Source: an uncultured Acidimicrobiaceae bacterium (GTDB taxonomy: Bacteria > Actinomycetota > Acidimicrobiia > Acidimicrobiales > Salinilacustritrichaceae). From it: a stretch of DNA of 51,631 nucleotides. Positions 1-9,410 of this stretch are shown piece after piece (within the stretch, counting starts at the first letter, position 1; each line of letters opens with the position of its first letter). The stretch is taken from NCBI GenBank assembly GCA_964498565.1, contig CAZCJT010000001.1:1-51631 (forward strand), written 5' to 3'. The position numbers and the translations under genes are program-made. The notes beneath the pieces were generated by a model. The model saw only the letters and a program-made list of their open reading frames with translations, was not told the origin of the DNA and did not search any database.

Positions 1-162
1 GCGGCCGGCACAGCGGCGAAGACCGCGCAGCGGACCACCGAGCGCAGCGCGGAGCGGGCGACATCGACCCCGGACCGCTCCGGTCAGCCGGCGCAGCGAT
101 CGACTCCGCGGCGACCGCCCAGCGCGCCTCGCCGTTCGGGTGGTGGTGGCCATGCCAGCTGA
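1..162 (+). CDS. C-terminal fragment of an upstream conjugation gene (probably SCO6881/VirB6-like), 5' truncated by window
   Basis: Frame 1 open from base 1 to TGA at 160-162 (AAGTAAKTAQRTT...GGGGHAS*), overlapping the next ATG at 152; identity inferred from gene order only. Confidence 0.45.
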   Translation, partial: AAGTAAKTAQRTTERSAERATSTPDRSGQPAQRSTPRRPPSAPRRSGGGGHAS

Positions 163-1639
163 GCGACCCGAACGGCTCTACCGGTTCGATCCTCTCGACG
201 AGTCCGGCGTGTTCCTCGGCCTCGGCGTGGTTCAGTGCGCCCTGGTCGGCGGAGGACTCGTCGCGGGCGTCGGACTCGTAAGCTTCGGCGCTCCGCTGCT
301 CGCCGCCGCCGTCCCTGTCGTGGTCGGCGCCGCACTGAGCTTTGCCCGCATCGGTGGCTACGTCGCCTGGGAGTGGCTGCCGCTTGGTGCCTCCTGGGTT
401 TGGATGCGGCTCGGCCGGGGTCGGCGGTGGCACGCCCGCCTCCCGCTGATCGTCGACGACGGCGACCGGTCACCGCCGCTGCCGCCATGTCTCGATGGGC
501 TTGACATCGTCGCGGTGCCCTGGCGGGGAGGCCAAGCCGTCGGCGCGGTCCGTGACAAGCAGGCCGCCACCCTCACCGCCTTGGTACCGGCAGCCGGTCC
601 CGAGTTCCTCACCCGCTCCCGCGACGAGCAAGAACAGCTCCTCAACGGTTGGGCCGATGTGCTCGGACAGTTCGCCCCCGAGCGCTCACCGGTGGTGCAC
701 CTCGGCTGGTCCGACAGCGCCCGCCAGTCCGGACTTCGCCAGCACGTGGACTGGCTCGACGGCAGCGAGAGGGGCGACACCCACGCCGAGGCGCACGACT
801 CCTATCGCGACCTCCTCGAGGGAGCCGCCGCTCAGGCCTCCAGCCACGAAGTCCTGATCTTTCTCACCGTCTCCCGCGAGCGTCTCGGCCGACGCGCCGC
901 CACCGCCGACCCTGAAGCCGCCACCGGTCGCGCGCTGGGCTCGGCTATCGACGCCCTGCACCGCGCGCTGCGAAACGCCGGTCTCCACGTCGCCGATCCG
1001 CTCACGCCGGCCGAGGCCCGCAAGCACCTCCGCACCCGCATCGACCCCTTCGCCGCCCGGCCACGCGCCGTCAACGGTCGCCTCGTCGAACGCCTCGGGC
1101 TCGTCAAGCCCGGCGCCGAAGGCCCGCTCGCCCTCGAGACGGAGCGGCGGCACCTGCATGTCGATGCCGCCGTCCACCGCACCTACTGGATCTATGGGTT
1201 CCCCCGCCTGCCCCAACACCCCGCCTGGCTCGAACCCTTCCTCGCCGGAAACGGCATCACCCGCACCCTCACCGTCTTCTTCCGACCCGTCGCGCCGCAC
1301 CAGTCCCGCCGACGCATCGAACGAGACCTCGTCAAGCTCGAGTCCGACGCCCAGACCAAGGAGGACAAGGGCCGCCGCGTCGACGCCCGCCACCGTCGCG
1401 CCACCCAGGCCCTGCTCGACCGCGAGGACGAACTCGTCGCCGGCTACGCCGAGATGGGCCACCTCGCCCTCGTCTGCGTGAGCGCTCCCGATCCCGAAAC
1501 GCTCGACGACGACTGCGAAGTCGTCGAGCAACTCGCGCGCGAAGCCGGCATCGAAGTTCGCGTCCTCGACGCACGCCAGGACCTCGCCTGGGCCTCCTCC
1601 CTGCCCTTCGGGCTCGCCCCCCGGCACCTCCTCGCCTGA
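152..1639 (+). CDS. SCO6880-family (PrgI/VirB3-like) conjugation membrane protein
   Basis: YRF..LD..GVFLGL N-terminus with two TM segments; HRTYWI...PR and ELVAGY motifs; C-terminal QDLAWASSLPFG; precedes the VirB4-like ATPase. Confidence 0.8.
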   Translation: MPAERPERLYRFDPLDESGVFLGLGVVQCALVGGGLVAGVGLVSFGAPLLAAAVPVVVGAALSFARIGGYVAWEWLPLGASWVWMRLGRGRRWHARLPLIVDDGDRSPPLPPCLDGLDIVAVPWRGGQAVGAVRDKQAATLTALVPAAGPEFLTRSRDEQEQLLNGWADVLGQFAPERSPVVHLGWSDSARQSGLRQHVDWLDGSERGDTHAEAHDSYRDLLEGAAAQASSHEVLIFLTVSRERLGRRAATADPEAATGRALGSAIDALHRALRNAGLHVADPLTPAEARKHLRTRIDPFAARPRAVNGRLVERLGLVKPGAEGPLALETERRHLHVDAAVHRTYWIYGFPRLPQHPAWLEPFLAGNGITRTLTVFFRPVAPHQSRRRIERDLVKLESDAQTKEDKGRRVDARHRRATQALLDREDELVAGYAEMGHLALVCVSAPDPETLDDDCEVVEQLAREAGIEVRVLDARQDLAWASSLPFGLAPRHLLA

Positions 1640-2970
1640 TGCGCGCCCGCCCGACCCTCCGCCTGCCGTGGCACCGGGGCACAACTGCGCACGTCTGCTC
1701 GCTCTACCCCTTCTCGGTCCAGGCCTCCTTCGGCTGGCAGGGCGCATACGTCGGTCTCGACGTCCTCGCCGGCGGCGCAGAGTTCTGCTGGGACCCCTTC
1801 GAGGCCTATCGGACCGGGCAGGTCACCAACCCCAACTGCTGGATCCTCGGCGAACCCGGCAACGGCAAGTCCGCCCTCGTCAAGACCCTGCTGTGGCGCG
1901 TGGCCGCAATCTGGGGAACCGGCAACGGCGGTCGCTTCATCGCCATCGCCGACCCCAAGGGCGAGTACGTCCCCGTCGCCGAACGCCTCGGCCTCGACGT
2001 CATCCGTCTCACCCCCGGCGGCACCACCCGTCTCAACCCCCTCGCCGAAGGCCCCGATTCCGCCGAAGCACCCGAGAAGCGCACCCTCCGCCGTGCCGAG
2101 ATGGTCGCCGCTCTCACCGCCACCGTTCTCGACCGGCCCCTCACCCAGGTCGAAGACGCCGCGCTCTTCGCCGCCGTCGAGCACCTCGCCCACGACCAAG
2201 AGAACTCCCGGCGAGGTCAGCCCGACCTCACCCACGTCGCCCGCCTCCTCGTCGACCCGCCCGACGAATTGCTGGCACGCATCCGCTGCGACCGCCCCGA
2301 CACCGGCTCCGAGCTCGGCGCGCTGCTGCATGCAACCGACAAGCTCCTGTCCCGCTCGCTGCGCGGGATGTTCGACGGACCGAGCACCGTCCATGTCGAC
2401 TGGGAGGGCCCGGGCTTGGTCCTCGACCTCTCGGCGGTGCCCATCGACTCCGACGCCCTCCCGCTCGTCATGGTCGCCGCCGCCGGCTGGCTCTCCCAGC
2501 TCATGACCACTCCCGGACCGCAGCGCGTCCAGGTGCTCGACGAGGCCTGGGCGCTGCTCGCCAACCGGCACACCGCCGGCTACCTCCAGAGCTGCTTCAA
2601 GCTCGGCCGCACCTACGGCGTCGCCAACATCTGCATCGCCCACCGCCCCAGCGACCTCGGCGCCCAAGCCGACGACGGCACCGCCACCGCCAAGATCGCC
2701 TCCGGTCTGCTCGCCGACTCCGCCACCAAGGTCCTCCTCCGCCAGGCGCCCGACCAGCTCGAAGCCGCCGAGCGGGCGTTCGGGCTCACCGAACCCGAAC
2801 GGCAGATCGTCGGTCAGCTCGGCCGAGGTCGAGCCCTCTGGAAGGTCGGTGGCCGTACCGCCGTCGTCCAACACGTCCTCGGCAGCCGCGAGGTCGAACT
2901 CGTCGATACCGACAGTCGGATGTCCGGCCGACCGACCCAGCCCGTCTTTGAGCAGGAGGCCGCCGCGTGA
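1639..2970 (+). CDS. virB4: VirB4-like conjugation ATPase
   Basis: Walker A GEPGNGKS, DPKGEY, RLNPL, Walker B VLDEAW; TGATG coupling with the upstream gene. Confidence 0.85.
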   Translation: MRARPTLRLPWHRGTTAHVCSLYPFSVQASFGWQGAYVGLDVLAGGAEFCWDPFEAYRTGQVTNPNCWILGEPGNGKSALVKTLLWRVAAIWGTGNGGRFIAIADPKGEYVPVAERLGLDVIRLTPGGTTRLNPLAEGPDSAEAPEKRTLRRAEMVAALTATVLDRPLTQVEDAALFAAVEHLAHDQENSRRGQPDLTHVARLLVDPPDELLARIRCDRPDTGSELGALLHATDKLLSRSLRGMFDGPSTVHVDWEGPGLVLDLSAVPIDSDALPLVMVAAAGWLSQLMTTPGPQRVQVLDEAWALLANRHTAGYLQSCFKLGRTYGVANICIAHRPSDLGAQADDGTATAKIASGLLADSATKVLLRQAPDQLEAAERAFGLTEPERQIVGQLGRGRALWKVGGRTAVVQHVLGSREVELVDTDSRMSGRPTQPVFEQEAAA

Positions 2971-4043
2971 CCCGCTACGACCGCGACGCACTCCTCGCCT
3001 CCGTCGACCTGCGCTGCCTCGCTGACGAGTTGCTCGGTGGTCATCACGGCAGCGAACGGTCACCGACCTGGTCGTGTCCGGTTCCGAACCATGCCCAGAC
3101 CGGCCGGACACCGCCCGTCTCGATCTTCGTCACCCGTTGGGGCGAGCAACGTTGGCGCTGCCACGGCTGCGGTGCCAGCGGCAGCGCCATCGACCTCGTC
3201 ATCCACACCCACGGCGTCGACGTCCGCCGAGCCATGGAGCTCCTCGCCTCCCGCACCGGAGTCGGCGCCGATGTCGAGGGACCAGCTCCACGGCGCCGAT
3301 CACGACCGCCCGTCGAACGTGCCGAACCCCACCCCGGTATCGAGGACTATGTCGCCACCTGCGCCGAATACCTCTGGTCCCCGGCGGCCACGGGACCTGC
3401 CCGCTACCTCACCCGGACACGAGGGTTGGCCGAAGATGTGCTGCGCCTCAACCGCGTCGGGTTCGATCCAGGTCCCCGTCACCTCGACCGCCCCGCCGGC
3501 GTGCCCCGCAGCTCCGGCATCGTCCTCCCGGTCCTCGACGACGACGGGCGCGCCGTCTTCACCCAGACCCGACGCCTCGGCCAGCGCATCAACGGACCGC
3601 GCTACCTCAACTGCGCCAACCGCGCAGCACCGAACCCTCGACTCGCCGTCTACGGATCTTCCGACGGGTCGACAGGACCCGTCGTGGTCTGCGAAGGAGC
3701 GATCGACGCGCTGACCGCAGCGTCCGCCGGCTGCCGGTCTGCCGCGGTGCTGGGCTCGACGGTCGCCGACGACCGCGTTGCCGATCGGCTCGTCGCACTG
3801 GGAGCCGACACCTTGGTCCTCGCCTTCGACGCGGACGACGCCGGCGATCGAGGGGCGGCGGGACTGGCCGGCCTCCTGAAGTCCCGAGGTGCATCCGCTG
3901 CCCGGCTGCGGCCGCCCGATCGAGCGCCAGACCTCAACGAATGGAGCCGAGCAGTCGGTGCCGGTGGACTCGATGCCATCGCCGTCGCCGTCCGCTCGTC
4001 GTCGCACCGCAACGACCGAGCACCCCCAGCCCTGCGTCGCTAG
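2967..4043 (+). CDS. CHC2 zinc finger-Toprim DNA primase-like protein
   Basis: CPVPNH...WRCHGCG zinc finger; VCEGAIDAL and LAFDADDAG Toprim motifs. Confidence 0.85.
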   Translation: MTRYDRDALLASVDLRCLADELLGGHHGSERSPTWSCPVPNHAQTGRTPPVSIFVTRWGEQRWRCHGCGASGSAIDLVIHTHGVDVRRAMELLASRTGVGADVEGPAPRRRSRPPVERAEPHPGIEDYVATCAEYLWSPAATGPARYLTRTRGLAEDVLRLNRVGFDPGPRHLDRPAGVPRSSGIVLPVLDDDGRAVFTQTRRLGQRINGPRYLNCANRAAPNPRLAVYGSSDGSTGPVVVCEGAIDALTAASAGCRSAAVLGSTVADDRVADRLVALGADTLVLAFDADDAGDRGAAGLAGLLKSRGASAARLRPPDRAPDLNEWSRAVGAGGLDAIAVAVRSSSHRNDRAPPALRR

Positions 4044-4125
4044 CTGACCGATGCCATGTCCTGTCCGATACCCCGACCCCCGACCTGGGCACTCGCCCGC
4101 TCACAACGATGCCGAGGAGGCACCC

Positions 4126-4572
4126 ATGACCGACAACATACCCACCGACACCGAGACGCCCGACGACATCTCCTTTCTGTTCGACGACCACGAGATCGAC
4201 TGGCACGACGGCACCTTCTGGTTCGTGGGCTGGTCGCACGTCTGGAACTCGTACTTCGCCGACCGCGTCTACGACGAGGACCTCATCGACGAAGACGACC
4301 ACACGTTCCGCTCGTGTCCCGGACCCGAATTCGGGATGTTCGCCAGCCTCGACGCCATCGAGGCCGCAATGGGCGAGCCCCTCCCACCTCTGATCCGCAG
4401 CCACATCGACGGCCTGCACCGACAGCCCGACGAGGAGATCAGGACCGCATGGAATGAAGCGCTGTCGATGGAGTGCCACCACCTGCTCCCAGACGGCAGC
4501 ATCGTCACGAATTACGCACCGCCTTGGGCGGGCGACTGGCAGGACGGGCCGGAACCGGAGTGGTTGCGATGA
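4126..4572 (+). CDS. Highly acidic, Trp-rich hypothetical protein (148 aa)
   Basis: GAGGAGG RBS at 4114-4120 before ATG 4126; high-GC3 codon usage; about 33 D/E, 6 R, 0 K. Confidence 0.75.
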   Translation: MTDNIPTDTETPDDISFLFDDHEIDWHDGTFWFVGWSHVWNSYFADRVYDEDLIDEDDHTFRSCPGPEFGMFASLDAIEAAMGEPLPPLIRSHIDGLHRQPDEEIRTAWNEALSMECHHLLPDGSIVTNYAPPWAGDWQDGPEPEWLR

Positions 4573-5255
4573 CGGACACCCAAGAAGTCACGAGGGTCGC
4601 TGCCGCGGACCGGTTGAGCGACGGCGATCTCGATGCCAACACGCTCGTCGCCGCGAACCTTCGGGCCATCCGAGCTCGACGAGGCTGGACCCAGACCGAG
4701 GTCGCAGCGCGCCTCAGTCGCGTCAGCGGAGGCCCGCTCCTGCCGCAGGCATCGATCTCCGCCATGGAGGTCGGCTGCATGAGTGGCCGGCGCCGCCGCT
4801 TCGACGCCGACGAGCTCTGTCTCCTCGCCGAGGTCTTCGACGTTCCCGTCGTTTACTTCCTGCTCCCGTTCCCGGAAGACCACCGGGCAGCCGAGCGGCT
4901 GTGCCGGCTGCTCGGCCCCGACGAGCATCATGTCGACGACCGCCTCCGCCAGCTCAGCCGCCGAGCCGCCAATGGCGCGCTCGGACTCATGGCCGCCATG
5001 AACGGTGGAGACGGCGAGCCCAGCGTCTGCCTCGACGACTACCGACAGTGGCGTACCGATCGGCTTGAGGCGATCGAGCGAGAACTCTGGACCGATCTCG
5101 ACCGGCTCACCGATCTCCTCGCCGGCCTTGCCGACGCCCTCCGTGAGTGCGGTCCCGTGGGCTTCCTCCGCCGCCTCGAACGAGGCTCAAGCGTGAGCCG
5201 TTCGCCGTGCCGAGGCGAGACGACGACATCCGGTTCGACGACGCCCGACCCGTAG
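4569..5255 (+). CDS. XRE-family helix-turn-helix regulator
   Basis: VAANLRAIRARRGWTQTEVAARL...QASISAME...RRFDADEL..LAEVFDVP; ATGA overlap with the upstream gene. Confidence 0.8.
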   Translation: MTDTQEVTRVAAADRLSDGDLDANTLVAANLRAIRARRGWTQTEVAARLSRVSGGPLLPQASISAMEVGCMSGRRRRFDADELCLLAEVFDVPVVYFLLPFPEDHRAAERLCRLLGPDEHHVDDRLRQLSRRAANGALGLMAAMNGGDGEPSVCLDDYRQWRTDRLEAIERELWTDLDRLTDLLAGLADALRECGPVGFLRRLERGSSVSRSPCRGETTTSGSTTPDP

Positions 5256-5295
5256 CTGCCGTCGCACGATCGGGGACACTCATCCGCGTACTTCA

Positions 5296-5323
5296 GGGAC
5301 GGTGACGCAGCCAGCACCGTCCC
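5296..5323. terminator. Stem-loop between convergent genes
   Basis: GGGACGGTG-N10-CACCGTCCC, perfect 9-bp stem. Confidence 0.4.
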
Positions 5324-5401
5324 ACCGACCCGGCGGTCTGGGGCAGTCCTCACCGGCGAGCCGGCGCGCGTTTGGGGGCACCCCGTGGGGGCGCACCGAG
5401 G

Positions 5402-5683
5402 TCAGCTGTTGTCGTCGACGAGTGCGTACTTCTCGCGAGCGGACTGGCGCGAGACCCCGAGAGCTGGTCCGATCAGGTTCCAGGAGCCGCCTGCCTCCCG
5501 CAGCTCTGCAACGGCCTGCGTGACGTGCTCTTCGGCCTGGCCTCGTTCGATCACCGCGGCGAGCAGCTTCTTGTAGGCGCGGGTGACCTCGGGCGACGCC
5601 CTGTCGAGGACGACCTCGTCGGATTCGACCCGGTCGGCGAGCTCTTCGGCGTGGCGGATGATGTCGGCGGTGGATCGTGGCAT
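5402..5683 (-). CDS. Putative antitoxin with C-terminal HTH
   Basis: AVAELREAGGSWNLIGPALGVSRQSAREKY HTH; downstream of a toxin-like gene. Confidence 0.7.
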   Translation of the reverse strand: MPRSTADIIRHAEELADRVESDEVVLDRASPEVTRAYKKLLAAVIERGQAEEHVTQAVAELREAGGSWNLIGPALGVSRQSAREKYALVDDNS

Positions 5684-5687
5684 CGGC

Positions 5688-5954
5688 TTACTCCTCGTTC
5701 GTCTCGTCGGGGTCGAGGTACCTCGATCGTGCGGGCATGGCGTGGTACACGACGACGTTCCCGGTGTCGGAAACCTCGAACCCGACCTCCAGGACGGTGT
5801 TGTCGTCGTCGCTGGCGGAGCCGGTGACGATGGTCAGCGGGAGGTCGCCTTGGTCCTCGAAGACGGCGATCACGTGTGCGAGGGCGTAGCGGATCTGGTC
5901 TTCGGTGCAGTCATGTCGGTAGGCGGTCGGAAGCACGATGAGTTCCGACGCCAC
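5688..5954 (-). CDS. Putative RelE/BrnT-like toxin (toxin-first TA pair)
   Basis: AYRH....QIRYAL...LEVG...VVVYHAMPARSRY pattern typical of small actinobacterial toxins; start codon uncertain. Confidence 0.6.
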   Translation of the reverse strand: MASELIVLPTAYRHDCTEDQIRYALAHVIAVFEDQGDLPLTIVTGSASDDDNTVLEVGFEVSDTGNVVVYHAMPARSRYLDPDETNEE

Positions 5955-5964
5955 GAAGGAAGGA

Positions 5965-6002
5965 TAACCTGCGCCCACCCGAGCCTGCAAGGTAACCTGC
6001 GC
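5965..6002. promoter_or_regulatory. Direct repeat upstream of the TA pair, possible operator
   Basis: TAACCTGCGC at 5965-5974 and 5993-6002. Confidence 0.35.
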
Positions 6003-6058
6003 GCAACTCTCATCAGAGCACTATCCAGCGTGCGAAGCTGCGCGCGAGTCGGCAGTAG

Positions 6059-6328
6059 TTGGCGCTCCGGAGTGAGAAACTGCCGGTCGTGGAAAGCGGC
6101 CTCTCCATCGCCGGCGTCGGGCTCGTTCTTCTGCTCTTCAGCCTGTTCCAGTCCGGGATGTGGGCGGACGAGTCGATGGAGGGCGTTGAGCCGAACACCT
6201 TCGAGTGGGCTCAAAAGCGAGGGCGTCAGGTGCCGGCACGGCTGTTCCGCCGCTACGGAATCCCGATGGGAGTCGCTCTGATCGCCGTCGGGCTGCTCGT
6301 CGCCGGAGCAGCGCTGATCGCGTCCTGA
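6059..6328 (+). CDS. Small two-TM membrane protein
   Basis: Two hydrophobic stretches; start could be GTG near 6089. Confidence 0.5.
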   Translation: MALRSEKLPVVESGLSIAGVGLVLLLFSLFQSGMWADESMEGVEPNTFEWAQKRGRQVPARLFRRYGIPMGVALIAVGLLVAGAALIAS

Positions 6329-6410
6329 TCGCCCGCCCGTAGGTGCCCATCGTGCGTAGGTCGATCGTCACCTATCGCGCGGACATGCTTGCGAGAGACG
6401 TGCCCCCGAG

Positions 6411-6974
6411 GTGCCGTTATCTTCCGTCGGCTCCCGGTTGTGGGCGTTGACCTGCGGGTGTGCGATGTGGACATGGCCACGTCGCAGCTTTCAGCGGCGC
6501 AGTCGGTGCTCGCCGAGGGTGCGTGCGATGCCGCCGTCGAGGACGATCACGTTCGGGGCCGGCGCTCGCAGCCAGGAGACGAACCGGCCGACGTCATCGA
6601 CGGTCACCGCGGCCCACTCGACCTCGACGGCGGCGAGGAACTCGAACCACAGCTTCAAGCTCACGCGTACGCCCGCTGCGTGTTCGGCGAGCGTTCAAGT
6701 GCGGCGAGGTAGCTCAAGTACGACTCGACCGGGTCGATCACCGAGCCGTCATCGTCGAGCACAGTCCAGGACTCGGCGTCGGTGACGGGCATGACCACCC
6801 GCTGCAGCATCACCGAGGGACACCCGTCTTGGTCGTGCGCGGGACGCTACGACTCCACCACGAGCAAGACGCGGATACGACGAGGACACACTGGCGATAA
6901 CGCGTCCACGTCGCACCAGAAAGCTGCGACGGCTACGTCATGGACACCCATTTCAGGACTGAAGACAAGTGCCG
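6411..6974 (-). mobile_element. Internally deleted Tn554-like (tyrosine recombinase) mini-element
   Basis: GTGCCG direct repeat at 6411-6416 and 6969-6974; terminal TTATCTTC / GAAGACAA; 12-bp inverted box GTCGCAGCTTTC at 6481-6492 and 6919-6930; TnpA-like remnant inside. Confidence 0.7.
6491..6810 (-). pseudogene. tnpA: Tn554-like TnpA N-terminal remnant, frameshifted and fused to a TnpC-like tail
   Basis: Manual translation: MLQRVVMPVTDAESWTVLDDDGSVIDPVESYLSYLAALERSPNTQRAYA*, then after a frameshift SLKLWFEFL...VTVDDVGRFVSWLRAPAPNVIVLDGGIARTLGEHRLRR*; not in the ORF track. Confidence 0.8.
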
Positions 6975-7012
6975 GTCGCGGGGAGGGGGCAGCAGGTGTC
7001 CCCAAAGTCCGT

Positions 7013-7345
7013 CTACCGGAGGTTTGCGGGGAGCCAGTGCGGCCACGGGCCGGGTGCAGGGTTCGCGTCAGCCCACCGGTCCAGCGCCTCCGCGAGCTTC
7101 TGGGCCAGTGACCCTGGGGGCCACCAGGACTTGAGGACGAACAGCACCGCACAGTCGGTCACTGCTGCGAAGTCGCTGGCGTTCTCGGTGACGATGACTC
7201 GGTCCTCCGCACTTGCCAGCTGCACGAGCACGTCATCGGGGAGGTTGTGGGCCCCGAGCATCGAAGGTGTCGTGGCGTCGTGATCGAGATCCTCGAGCAG
7301 CTCGACCGTCGACGGGGGAAGCATGGAGTCGATGAGGAACTTCAA
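7013..7345 (-). CDS. DUF5615 / VapC45-like PIN toxin
   Basis: MKFLIDSML...DD.VL..A..EDRVIVTENASDF PIN motifs. Confidence 0.8.
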   Translation of the reverse strand: MKFLIDSMLPPSTVELLEDLDHDATTPSMLGAHNLPDDVLVQLASAEDRVIVTENASDFAAVTDCAVLFVLKSWWPPGSLAQKLAEALDRWADANPAPGPWPHWLPANLR

Positions 7346-7764
7346 GCAAGGAGCCGTTCGCGTTCGGCAGCGACGCGTTCGGCTTCGGCGAGTGCTTGGT
7401 CATTCGCACGGATCCGCTGGTCGATCTCTTCTCGATTCGCGGCGGCGTAGTTGAGCGCGAGAACGACTTGGCGCTCGTGAAGACCGAACTGCGCAGCGAG
7501 GGCTTTGACCCGCTTGGTCTCGGTTCCGCTCACGTGGCGGAGCGCGGCTGCGATCTCCCAGACGTCGGGGCCGCCGGCCAGTGCTGCCCGGCGGCCGGAC
7601 GGGCCTGGCTTGAACACGATTCCCGGATGGGCCGAGCTGGCGAGGCCCTCTCGGACGAATCGCTCGATGAGCTCGGTGATCGTTGCGTCTTCAGCCGCGG
7701 CGGCCGCCGAGAGTCGTTCCCGGAGCTCGTCATCGAGGCGAACGCTGGTTGTCGATCGTGCCAT
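7342..7764 (-). CDS. RHH/CopG antitoxin (VapB45/DUF433-like C-terminus)
   Basis: TTSVRLDDELRERL RHH; HPGIVFKPGPSGRRAALAGGPDVWE; ALNYAAANREEID; AAGGAGG RBS; overlaps the PIN start. Confidence 0.8.
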   Translation of the reverse strand: MARSTTSVRLDDELRERLSAAAAAEDATITELIERFVREGLASSAHPGIVFKPGPSGRRAALAGGPDVWEIAAALRHVSGTETKRVKALAAQFGLHERQVVLALNYAAANREEIDQRIRANDQALAEAERVAAERERLLA

Positions 7765-8004
7765 GACAGCCTCCTTCGTATGCAATCGCGATGCATTGTA
7801 GTACGTAGTCTCGCCGCGAGCTCGGGGCGGTGGCGACCTGCCCCCTACTGCTCCGCCATATCCGGCCGGGCACCGCCCGGAATGTGCCGATGGATGTCGC
7901 CTCCGGTAAGTGCCCCAGATCATCGCCCCCGAAGGATCCGAGGAGGGCGCCGCCCGGCGATCCGGGCAGTCATGCCAGCGGCCCAGTCCGACAGGATGGG
8001 GCCG

Positions 8005-8919
8005 ATGGCGGCGACGCATCCGAACCACCGACCGATCGAGTCGCTCCCTGCCGAGCTGCGTGATCCGAAGGTCCCTGACCACGTCCGAGGGTGGATCGGC
8101 GACGTCGTTGGTTCGGCCGCTGTGACGGCGACCCGGCTGGACGGGGCGTCGTCGGTGGCGCTCCACCGGATCGACTTCGCCGACGGCACCAGCCTCGTAC
8201 TGCGACGTTACGTCTGGCGTGGCTACGTGGAGGCCGAACCCGAAGCCCCCGCCCGCGAGGTCGACGCACTCCTCCACGCCCACAGCCACGGACTCCTGGT
8301 CCCCGAGGTCTTGGCTTCCGACGTGACTGGCGAGCTGGTCGGCGACGACGTCCCGCTCGTCCTCATGACGATGCTCGAGGGATCGCCGATTGCTGTACCC
8401 GACCTCGCACAGCTCGCCGAGACGGCAGCGTCGATTCACAGTGTCGACCCCGAAGGACTCGGCCACGAGTACTTCCCCTGGTACGAGGACGAAATGGTGA
8501 CACCGCCGCCGCTGACGACTCGCCCCCGGATGTGGGAGCGAGCGATCGAGTTGTGGCGCAGCGGTCTCCCGGACCACCGCCCGACGTTCATCCACCGAGA
8601 CTTCCATCCCGGCAACCTGCTCTGGGCATCCGGCGAGCTGAGCGGCATCGTTGACTGGTCCGCCGCGTGTCGAGGCCCGACCGGCTGCGACATCGCCCAC
8701 TGCCGAGCCAACCTCCGAGACCTCGCCGACACCGCCACGGCAGACCGCTTCGTCGACACCTACGCGAGCCTGACGGGCGACGAACTCGACCCGTTCTGGA
8801 TCTTGGCCGGACACCTCGAGCATGACCACGCCCACTGGACATCGGACCGCCTCGCCCAAGACGAACCCGACCTCGAGCGCGCCCTGCAGCAACTCGTCGA
8901 CCACGTGCCGACTGGCTAG
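8005..8919 (+). CDS. APH/choline kinase-like phosphotransferase
   Basis: LVLRRY, HRDFHPGNLL (Brenner motif), IVDW. Confidence 0.85.
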   Translation: MAATHPNHRPIESLPAELRDPKVPDHVRGWIGDVVGSAAVTATRLDGASSVALHRIDFADGTSLVLRRYVWRGYVEAEPEAPAREVDALLHAHSHGLLVPEVLASDVTGELVGDDVPLVLMTMLEGSPIAVPDLAQLAETAASIHSVDPEGLGHEYFPWYEDEMVTPPPLTTRPRMWERAIELWRSGLPDHRPTFIHRDFHPGNLLWASGELSGIVDWSAACRGPTGCDIAHCRANLRDLADTATADRFVDTYASLTGDELDPFWILAGHLEHDHAHWTSDRLAQDEPDLERALQQLVDHVPTG

Positions 8920-8994
8920 AGGCGGTCAAGAACCCGGGTGCGAGAGCTCGGCCCATGATTGGAGTGCGGAACTGCGCGAGAGCAGGCTGTGGTG

Positions 8995-9222
8995 ATGCCG
9001 CAAGGCCGCACGCGAGTTCAGAAGACCCAGGTGGCCCTCGCCGGGCACGTTCGACCCGGCGATCACGTCGTCAGCGAGGGACGCTACATCGAGGTGCTCA
9101 GCGTCCGACGCGCCCAGGGAAGGAAGCCCCGGACCGGCGAGAACCTCCACCTCGTTGGCGTGGACGAGGTCATCAAAGTCAACAGCCTCGACGGCGTCCG
9201 CATCCTGCCCCGACGAAACTGA
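8995..9222 (+). CDS. Small basic beta-rich hypothetical protein
   Basis: 75 aa, high-GC3 codons; AGHVRPGDHV (KOW/SH3-like) and GRKPRTGE. Confidence 0.55.
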   Translation: MPQGRTRVQKTQVALAGHVRPGDHVVSEGRYIEVLSVRRAQGRKPRTGENLHLVGVDEVIKVNSLDGVRILPRRN

Positions 9223-9410
9223 CACGCTCCGAACCCGATCGTGGGAACGGGAACCGTCACCTACCGCGCACGCGGATCCGCCCCGGGCATCGCTCCGAGG
9301 TGTCGTTGGATGGCGCGGTCGGAGACTGCCCAATAGCCAGGGCCAATGAGCGGACGTGGAGACGCAGCGGGCGCGAGTCGTCGCTGCAGCCCACCGTTTG
9401 GCGCCCAGCT

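Noticed and set aside
7342-8919. 520-aa (-) and 507-aa (+) ORFs as long fusion proteins
   Set aside because: Each is a real gene (antitoxin from 7764; kinase from 8005) extended by the antisense shadow of the other
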